From Chrysochromulina tobinii (taxonomy: Eukaryota), in the NCBI GenBank assembly GCA_001275005.1, contig JWZX01003099.1, forward strand, positions 1-38,609: 38,609 nt of DNA, given 5' to 3'. Below the pieces are notes generated by a model. It made no database searches, was not told the origin of the DNA, and worked only from the letters and a program-made list of their open reading frames with translations. Of the stretch, positions 21,702-30,200 are shown in pieces. Position 1 is the stretch's first letter, and every line of letters begins with the position of its first letter. The position numbers were made by a program, and so were the translations under genes.

Positions 21702-22349
21702 GTACGTGGGCACTCGTCGAAGAGTGGTGAAAGGGTTTGATGACGTGTTCACGTTCTCTCTGAAATTGCTGACCAATTTTCACGTGAACGTTATTTTGCC
21801 ATCGCGGCAAGACGCACACGCACCGGTCCCGTGGAGACACACCGTGGGAGGCGCAGACCAATTATCCTGTGGAAAGCCCACGCAGCGAGACTCGACGAAA
21901 GTGTGACATAGTGTCAAGTGTGGAAAGCTCATTAAAAGCTCAGCGAGACTCGACTCGACACTGCGTGGGTCGAAACGGCGTCCGTCGAGGGTGCGATTCA
22001 AATTCACGAGACAAGATGACGTGGCGCGAGCCGGGACCGGCGAGGAGAAGCAGCCCCCATACAGCCCGCGAGCGCGGTAAACAACCCGACTTAATAATGT
22101 ATTATACCTGATGACTGAACCGGCGCTCACAACCTCACAAAAGAACCGTTTCGCGACTCGGTGACTGTCCTAAACGCGAGCTAAATGCAATTGTCTAATA
22201 GACGTAAGAGACGATCATGTGTCTGAGATGCCCGCACCCTGCGTCTCTGGCGTAAGTGGTAAGTCGTCTCTTAAAGGTTGAAGCCCAAGACTCTTGGTCT
22301 AAGACCAGGACTTGCAAGCACTACGGAACTAGGATGGCGGCGGGGACGA

Positions 22350-25300
22350 TCACCCAATCCGGACCGACGGGAGGGAGGCCTTGCCCGGAGGAGGTAAAAT
22401 GATCCGTGGCGGCGGCGGCGGGCGTGGCGGAGCTGGAGATGACGGAGGTGGTGGAGGCACCAACCTGGACTCGAAGCCCCAGTCAACGCCGATCATGTAC
22501 GTTCGAATGTATTGACGGTCGACGTAATACCCACCGAGCCACCTCATAATCGATTCGACATCGCGATCTGGGAACAGCACAATGGCGTGCTGGAAGAACG
22601 TGCAAGGAATGGGGACCCTTTGATTCGCGTATGCCCAATTCGTGAGGAACGTCTGCCTGGCGACCGGGTCCGCATAGGTAGCGAATGGAACGTACATGTT
22701 GCACGTGTAGCCGGTGGGCAGTGGGTCGACAAAGAAACGCATGGCGTCGAGCCCCTTGAAAGCCACGAGCACGTCCAGGTCTCGAAAGTCGGGCGTGTCT
22801 GTGTGGCAGATGTTGTCATCTGTGTGCGTGTTATGGGAGGAACGTCCAACACACAGGCGCGCCTTGGGGCATGTGACGGGGTCGTCGGGGTCGAGGCATT
22901 GTGTCCCAAAACGGTCGGTGACGACATTGGGGTTGCAATCAATGCGAAGCTGGACGGCTGCTTCTTCAATCTCACTCTCGTAGAGCGAAAACTCGCTGCA
23001 GGGGAACCTTCGGCTGAAGTCCCAGTTCTCGAACATTGGCCGGAACGCGTCTGGCCCGTCCAAGCGGCACGTCTGGCCCGGCTGCATGAGATCCGCCTCC
23101 GTGTAGTAGTGTCGAGAGCTCGAAAAAGTGGTGGACCTCTTGCAGTAGCGCAAGCCACCAGCCATGTTGTGACCCACGATGTCAAGATTTGGCGGCACGA
23201 TGCCGCGAATACGCTTCTCGACGGAGCCGATGCGCGTGCCTCGAAAGTAGGAGCCCATTTTCGAGACTTGCTTCTCGCGCGCCCTACCACCCTGCGGCAG
23301 CACCGAACCTTCTCGGGCGAACCAATCCCCGCAGTAGTTGCAAATTCGCTGCGCCCACGCGTCCTCCTGCCGTTGGCAAAATCTGAGCATGATCTTCGGG
23401 TCGCACGACTTTGAAAACGTCTCCATGCGCACAAGCTCCAAGGTCTGCGACTGGCCCACGCGCGCCAAGCACTTGATGCACGCGGTAGATGCGTACCCGT
23501 TCTCAGGCCGGCCAACAAAATTCGGTGTGCCGGATACAGACCGGTTTCCTCGCATGTGTCCCGCTTGCCCACACTGGACCACCGTGAGTCCCTGGTTGAG
23601 GCACACCTGAGGCAGCCCATCTTGAGACTGGACGTTGCCGCAAAAATAGAGCTTGTAGCGAATCCGTTGGCAGTAGTCGTGGTCTGGAAAGCCCGCACAG
23701 GTCACGTCGTTGAGGATCATGCTCGAGCAGTCGTCCCCGCCGAACCATGGGTGGCAACGGCATGTGCCATTCTGATCATAGCCGATGATGGGATGGCCGC
23801 TAATGTTGAGGCACGTGCCGCGCAAGTCGTCGCAGTTGTGCGTCGCGTTGCAGCGGGGGCCAAAGCGCAGGGAGAGCGCCGCCTGGAGTCGCGCCCACAT
23901 GTCGACGCCGGCAATGGACGGGCCCGCGAGGATTCGCTGCGCGGACGGGATGCGATCCCATGCGGTGATCTGTTGAGTCAGCACCAGCAGCTGCGTCCGC
24001 CGTCTCGTAGGGGCGCGCATGTACGCATCAGCAGACTCCAGAGCTTCCCGCGGACCCATCTGAATGACCGGTGGAGCGACCTGAGTGAGTGGCCGGTACG
24101 TAGTGTCGAGCGGATCATCGACAAGCCCGGGTGTATCTTGCTGCTGTCCGTGCTCCGCGTCGGTACCGAGTTCGTCATGGTGTAAACGGGGACGCCCAGG
24201 GCGGCCTGCACTGGACGAAGGGTCGCGCACCACCGTCTCAAACGAAAAATCCAAGGATGGATCGAGCGCAGGAAAGTCTAAAGAGGGCAGCTCCGAAAGG
24301 CGCCGAGAGCCGGTTTGAGAGACGTTCTGAGTGACGTTCTGGGAAGGCCGGGGCGGCGGGTACAGGGGATTCACCACAGGCACGGGCAGGTCGGGCTTCG
24401 ACCAGGAGGTCATGAGGTGATCATAGCACATGAAGAACTCGTTGAGCCGCGGTCGATTGGGCCTCTCGATGCCATGGACTCGGTTCTTGGGAGGCTGTGC
24501 GGGGAAGTCAGAACAATTCTCGGCGGCGCGGTTGCGCTTGTATGCGATGCAAGAAGTGCTGCTCAGTGGGTCAAAGTAGGTCGGCACCTCCGAATCGAGA
24601 ATCTTGCGCGGGACGCGGCGGATGGGTGGCCATGGAAACCAGGCGACGATGTTGGAGGCCGTCCGAAGATCGTACCCTTCCATGTAACGGGCGCCCTGGT
24701 ACTCGCGCCCTTGAACAAACGGGAGACTAATGACGACATAACTATCAAGAGGTAGGTTGGTTGCCGGGTTGCGCTCCATGCACTTGTTTGATCCCGGGCA
24801 CCATATGCACTGGGAGTACAGTTCGCACGTCATGCAATCCGCGTACGTACTGCAATTGTACGCCTTGACCTCGATGCGCCCTGTGAAGTCGCCCTGCCAC
24901 ACTTCGACCTCGGCGTTGCGATAGTCGTGCACACCCTCCTGATCGAACACATGGACGTACCTGGGCATCCAGTTGCGGTTGATCGGGCCCGAATTGAATG
25001 CACCGCCATCATCATCGCTGCGGATGAGGACAGTCTCAAACGTTTGCAGCAGCCAGGTAACGGTCGTGTTGGGCATGACCGAGACGCGTTGAGGCGTGAA
25101 GTGGGTGTCGTTCACGAGAATCGTCACGTTCAAGCCGACGTACGCGGAGGCCCCGTCCTCGTTTACGTAGGCCTCGGGTGCTCGGTAAGACTCCGGCGGC
25201 AGCTGAAGTCCACCTGTGTAATCGACGACAAATCCCTCGGGCAGCAGCCACCGAGTTTGAGTGATCGGGTTACTGGTCCCTAAGTACCCCTCATTGACAA

Positions 25301-25529
25301 CTGGGTCGGGCCTTGTGACCGTCCGCGCAGGAAATTCGGCCGCATTTATGAAGGTTCCCATCAGGCACGCGATGTTGTTTGAGGGACAGAGCGAACGGTC
25401 CTCTGGAAAGTTCGCGGTCAAAGTCTGTGCAGGCGGCGAGACCGCTGTCGGCGCTGGCGGCGGCTGCCCAGTTAGCGGCACCACTAATGTCCCGAGAAGC
25501 AGGACGAGCAGGCGCGCGGCACCCGCCAT
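22350..25529 (-). CDS. Putative secreted Cys-rich protein with cupredoxin-like, PSI-like and EGF-like segments and a Pro-rich tail
   Basis: Signal-like MAGAARLLVLLLGTLVVPLTG; FTPQRVSVMPNTTVTW...FNSGPI...FDQEGVHDY...TGRIEV (cupredoxin-like); CSTYADCMTC..QCIWCPGSNKC (PSI-like); GTCRCHPWFGGDDCS (EGF-like); long uninterrupted ORF. Confidence 0.6.
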   Translation of the reverse strand: MAGAARLLVLLLGTLVVPLTGQPPPAPTAVSPPAQTLTANFPEDRSLCPSNNIACLMGTFINAAEFPARTVTRPDPVVNEGYLGTSNPITQTRWLLPEGFVVDYTGGLQLPPESYRAPEAYVNEDGASAYVGLNVTILVNDTHFTPQRVSVMPNTTVTWLLQTFETVLIRSDDDGGAFNSGPINRNWMPRYVHVFDQEGVHDYRNAEVEVWQGDFTGRIEVKAYNCSTYADCMTCELYSQCIWCPGSNKCMERNPATNLPLDSYVVISLPFVQGREYQGARYMEGYDLRTASNIVAWFPWPPIRRVPRKILDSEVPTYFDPLSSTSCIAYKRNRAAENCSDFPAQPPKNRVHGIERPNRPRLNEFFMCYDHLMTSWSKPDLPVPVVNPLYPPPRPSQNVTQNVSQTGSRRLSELPSLDFPALDPSLDFSFETVVRDPSSSAGRPGRPRLHHDELGTDAEHGQQQDTPGLVDDPLDTTYRPLTQVAPPVIQMGPREALESADAYMRAPTRRRTQLLVLTQQITAWDRIPSAQRILAGPSIAGVDMWARLQAALSLRFGPRCNATHNCDDLRGTCLNISGHPIIGYDQNGTCRCHPWFGGDDCSSMILNDVTCAGFPDHDYCQRIRYKLYFCGNVQSQDGLPQVCLNQGLTVVQCGQAGHMRGNRSVSGTPNFVGRPENGYASTACIKCLARVGQSQTLELVRMETFSKSCDPKIMLRFCQRQEDAWAQRICNYCGDWFAREGSVLPQGGRAREKQVSKMGSYFRGTRIGSVEKRIRGIVPPNLDIVGHNMAGGLRYCKRSTTFSSSRHYYTEADLMQPGQTCRLDGPDAFRPMFENWDFSRRFPCSEFSLYESEIEEAAVQLRIDCNPNVVTDRFGTQCLDPDDPVTCPKARLCVGRSSHNTHTDDNICHTDTPDFRDLDVLVAFKGLDAMRFFVDPLPTGYTCNMYVPFATYADPVARQTFLTNWAYANQRVPIPCTFFQHAIVLFPDRDVESIMRWLGGYYVDRQYIRTYMIGVDWGFESRLVPPPPPSSPAPPRPPPPPRIILPPPGKASLPSVRIG

Positions 25530-25767
25530 CTGCGAGATCGGAAGCTGGACGTGGCAGGGAGGACGCACTGCAAGCTTCATGACATTTGGTTGGAGAGGTT
25601 GCTTCACCGGTAAGAGTACCGGTAACTGTACCGGTAGTCTTACCGGTACCGGTACCGGTTTCTGCTGGCGCCCGCCGCAACGCCGCGAGGTGACACTACT
25701 ACTACTGCGAAACTAGACAGAATGACGCTGATTAACTGTGTGACGATATGGGAGCGCCAAAGGAGCG

Positions 25768-26904
25768 TTAGTCCATCCACTTAACATACCGATACCAGGA
25801 GGCTGGGTAGTGGGCACGCTCTATGAGCAGCGGGGGTGGCAGGTCTGAAGTCGAACTCATCGTCGTGAGCATTTTGCCAGGCACGAGGGCGTCGCAACCT
25901 GTTGCGGGCCGCCCTTTGCAGCTGGGCTCGCCTCTGCAGGTGCGATTCTGAATTCCTCTGAGATCAAGGCAGTGGCGCGAGCAGCGCTCGAGACGCGCCA
26001 AATCGGTCAGGTTGCTGCGAAGGAAGATGCCGTGGTGACTCCACGTTCGCAACTTGCGCGCGAGGTCCCAAGGCTCGCCGAATGAGGTGAAGTGCCAACC
26101 TGCGTTCGGTATGGTCGGGTAGCTCTCGTGAAGAGGAGCCGACCATACGCGCTCGCGATACCCGGTGAAGCCCGTGCTCATCTCACCGAGAGCCGCGGGT
26201 GTGGCGTTTTCATATTGCCCATACATTGCCTGGAGGGTGGCGGCGCTGAAGGCTCGCGTGCCATGCTTCCAATCGTTGCCAATCTGGCAATGCACTCCAT
26301 ATTGGTAGAGCGACAGCTTCAGAATGTAGAAGAACGGCCTCTCCTTCGAGGCAGCATCACCGTCAAAGGGATAGCACTGAGCGAGCATGCGCACGACGTC
26401 TGGCTTGGCAATCTCGTCCGTGTCGCCAAAGAGGGCTAGGTCTCCTGGCGACGCGAGCTCGATGACCGTCTCGACCAATACGAAGCGCTGAAAGGCTTCG
26501 AAGCACATCACTCTGTTGTGCACCCACCTGCCGCCTTGGCAGTAACGAGCACTGCCCTGATGAAAGTCGACGACCCGCACTGTCATCTTGGTTGCCAAGC
26601 TTTGCCAAGCTTTAGGCACGGAGCCGTTGGCCAACAGCGATGTGAGCACCAACGGTTTCGCGGACCTGGCCGTGTGCGTGGTGCTCGATTCTGCGATGAC
26701 AAAACGATCGACGACCTCACCAAGCGTTTGCAGGTGCAACCAAAGCATATCGAGCTCGAAGCCAAATGGGATGCAGTCCCAAATCCTACGGTGCTTTGTC
26801 GGCGAGTCGGGCACGATAGGGTGCTGATCGCGCGTGTGGTTTACAAACCTGCTTGACCGCGGCCCAAACGAGACTCTGCGCAGCGCCGCGGCGCAGCTTT
26901 CCAT
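25768..26904 (-). CDS. Glycosyltransferase family 17 (MGAT3/GnT-III-like)
   Basis: RRIWDCIPFGFELDML, VVDRFVIAESSTTHT..KPL, EAFQR, LFGDTDEI (DxD) and AGWHFTSF. The start is uncertain because no N-terminal TM is seen. Confidence 0.8.
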   Translation of the reverse strand: MESCAAALRRVSFGPRSSRFVNHTRDQHPIVPDSPTKHRRIWDCIPFGFELDMLWLHLQTLGEVVDRFVIAESSTTHTARSAKPLVLTSLLANGSVPKAWQSLATKMTVRVVDFHQGSARYCQGGRWVHNRVMCFEAFQRFVLVETVIELASPGDLALFGDTDEIAKPDVVRMLAQCYPFDGDAASKERPFFYILKLSLYQYGVHCQIGNDWKHGTRAFSAATLQAMYGQYENATPAALGEMSTGFTGYRERVWSAPLHESYPTIPNAGWHFTSFGEPWDLARKLRTWSHHGIFLRSNLTDLARLERCSRHCLDLRGIQNRTCRGEPSCKGRPATGCDALVPGKMLTTMSSTSDLPPPLLIERAHYPASWYRYVKWMD

Positions 26905-27235
26905 CGCGTATAAATACACACTTTGCGAAAAGGCCGGATTTGGACACGGGGGACAACTACCGTTACCGCGTTAGAATGTTACCACTTCCGTGTATACATG
27001 TTAGCCGAACGCGTACCAAGACCGTGCGAAAATATCCAAATAACATCTTCCAGAAGGTTGCTTCTGCTTCAGAATTTAGAAAATTGATTTCCGCGACAAG
27101 AGTCGACTAGGCTCTAGGGCCCAGAGGCCTGCAGCGGCACCGCGTCCGCGACACCGTTCTCGGTTCTCAAGGTGACGAGGTCTCCGCGGTCCAGCCCCGA
27201 ACCCGTCACGGTAGTTGGATCTAAAAAAAATACAG

Positions 27236-30200
27236 TTACATAACGATTCGCGGTTTGTACCGTCGACGACGTACATTATAGATATAGTAGCAGTGAGCAG
27301 AATGGCACATGTGTAACGTAAGGCCGGCCGATCGATGGTGAATAGATGGAGAATGCTTGCCGTTCGGTCCCGGCGTAGTCCCGGCGCTCATGCCTTCGGC
27401 TGCGACTCCGCGCCTGAGGTTGAGCGTGTCTGGACGTGGGCACCCGGCGGGCAGTGCGGCACGCCTCCGCTGCCCGCCGTGGTCCTCTCTCTCTCGCTCT
27501 CTCTCTCTCAGACCTGCAATGAACGGCCGCCGCCGCGGCGGGCGGCGCTCGTACGCCCCCCCGGGCGCACGTGCTTGAGCGCGGGGAGTCACCCAAGCGT
27601 CCGCGGGGCTTGTGGAGTAGCTCACCTGATGAGGGAGGCCATCACAGGTCATCAGTGATCATCAGTAGCAATCACAAGCGTCCGCGGGGCTTATGGAGTA
27701 GCTCGCTTGATGAGGGAAGCCATCAGTCGCTTGATGAGGGAAGCCATCAGTCGCTTGATGAGGGAAGCCATCAGTCGCTTGATGAGGGAAGCCATCAGTC
27801 GCTTGATGAGGGAAGCCATCAGTCAGGATAAGTCGCAAACAGAGGCCATCAGTGGCAATCACCCCCATCGCAGTCCTCGGTGATGAGGGAGGCCATCAGT
27901 GGCAATCAGTGGCAATCACCCCCATCGCAGTCCTCGGTGACCGTGGCCGAGTCGACCACACCGGCGGCTCGGCAGGTAGCTCCGCCTCCTTGTCCACCTC
28001 GTGCATCGAGTCTTGCGGGGGGGGATGCGAGGGACCATTGCAGCTTCGTGCTGGCCGGTGTTTCTTCGAGTTGCTGCCGATATCTGCATCGGCGCCGGCG
28101 CCGCCGCCGGCGCCGCCGCCGCTGCTGCTGCTCCCACCGCGGTGCTTGACACTGTGAATGACGAGGATGAAGATAAACCCCACGACAGAGAGAAAGAACA
28201 TCAACCCTAAGATCGCCCGCCGTTGCGCCCGCTGCATCTCCGGTCGGGGCGCCGTACCGAGCACGTCCTGCCTAATTAGGAGCGCCTCGTTCTCAGGGCG
28301 CACGCTACCGGGTAGCGGCTCGTCCTCGTGCAATACGTCGCGAGATTCGCGCTCCGTCGGAAGCTCCGCCTGATGAGGGAGGCAATCAGAGGTCATCAGT
28401 GGTCATCGGTGGAAATACGTCGCGAGATTCGCGCTCCGTCGGAAGATTCGCGCTCCGTTGGAAGCTCCGCCTGATGAGAGGAGCCATCAGGCGCACTCTG
28501 GCGCACTCAGCGATTCGCTCACCGGGGCAGTGAGGGTGGCGATCAGCGATACGCTCACCGGGGCAGTGATGAGGGTGGCACTCAGCGATTCGCTCACCGG
28601 GGCAGTGAGGAGGGTGGCACTCAGCGATTCGCTCACCGGGGCAGTGATGAGGGAGGCGAAGAAACCGGTAGGGGCGCGATCCGTGCCCACCAGAAGCTTA
28701 TCAGTGAGGTCAATCTCGCGGCACATGCGATGATCGCTGCCCGTGTCGGCCTGAACTCTCTTTCCATGCGCTCCCTTGCCCTTAGCAGCACTGAAGCGAG
28801 TCGCCTTGTAGGAGCGGGTCGAGCGTACGTACCTATGTGGGGAGGAGGGGGCGCCGTGGTGAGCACGTGCATGCAAGCAGCGCCCTGTGGGTCGAGCGCA
28901 CGTACACGTTGCGGATGCGAATGTAGTCGCCACGCCGCTGTTTGGGCGACGGGGACGAGTAGTAGAGCTCGAGGCGGTCCATGCTGTCCCAGGGAGTGAG
29001 CCCGGGGTAGTAGTAGTATGCGTCCTAATTTGGGAGGTGCGCATGATGAGGTGATGATGAGGTCATCAGAGGTCATCAGAGGTCATCAGAGTTCATCAGA
29101 GGTCATCAGCGGCCCTCGTGGCACCTGGATTGGGATGCTGAACGAATGCCACGTGGCCGCCCGCCACCCCCCCGGAGGCTGCGGAATCAAGAACTGCACT
29201 CCCTTGACATTATTCTCCTTCGTGTACTCAAACACGTGCAGCACGTGCGACGTGTTCGAGACGAAGACCTCCATCTCAATGGAGGCATTCGCGAGCAGCC
29301 GGCCGTCCCAGCCCACGATGGCGCTCAGGTTGGTCGTCAGCAGTTGCAGCTTGCGATCGGGTCCGAATTGGCCGAGGATGCCGTACCTGATGCAATCAGA
29401 CGCAATCAGACGCAATCAGAGGCAATCAGAGGCAATCAGATGAAATCATATTCAATCATATTATTCAATCGGATGCAATCAGACGCAATCAGACGCAATC
29501 CTACGCAATTTGACGCAATCTGACGCAATCTGACGCAATCTGACGCAATCATATGCAATCACACGCAATCATATGCAATCATACGCAATCATATGCACTC
29601 AGACGCAATCATACGCAATCAGACCGCAATCCTACCGGTTGGGTAGGATGTCAAAGCGAGCAATCCGACGGAAGAGAGGCAAGCACGAGTCCGAGCCCTT
29701 GCGTGTGTAGTGCATCGTCTGCGGGCTGGCGCGCCCCGCGCTCGAGGCGCTCTCGACGGCGCGTGCATGCAGCGCGTGTGAGAGAGGAGAGTACGAGTTG
29801 AGTAAGAGCACATCCGCGCCCGTGCACACCGCATGCGCGATCAGTAGATGCGCCTGGCTCTCTCCAACTGGACGGCCCCCGAGCATCACCTGCATGCAAT
29901 CGGTCGCAATCAGTCGCAATCAGTCGCACTCAGTCGCAATCGGTAGCAATCAGTCGCAATCAGGCGCAATCAGGCCTCCGAGCATCACCTCGGCCGCCTC
30001 GGCCGCCTCCGCAAGAGTGTAGAAGGTGGATCCCATCGCGAGGGTCGCTCCGCTTGCGAGGGTGCGCGGTAAAGTACGCACGCCGTCAGAGAGGATGAAG
30101 ACTGGATCTTCCATCGGAAGTCGCGGCAGATTGGCAGCGAGCACGTCGTGGTTGACGTGGCATGCCATGCCTGATGAGGGGGGCAATCGGAGCTCATCGG

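Noticed and set aside
21866..21960. Partial repeats (tgtggaaagc, cagcgagactcgac) as an ncRNA or element end
   Set aside because: They are short and imperfect, with no recognisable RNA family, TIR pair or TSD.
27703..28652. 24-bp and 36-39-bp repeat arrays as a CRISPR array
   Set aside because: The units are head-to-tail without unique spacers, lie inside spliceosomal introns of a eukaryotic gene, and no cas genes are present.
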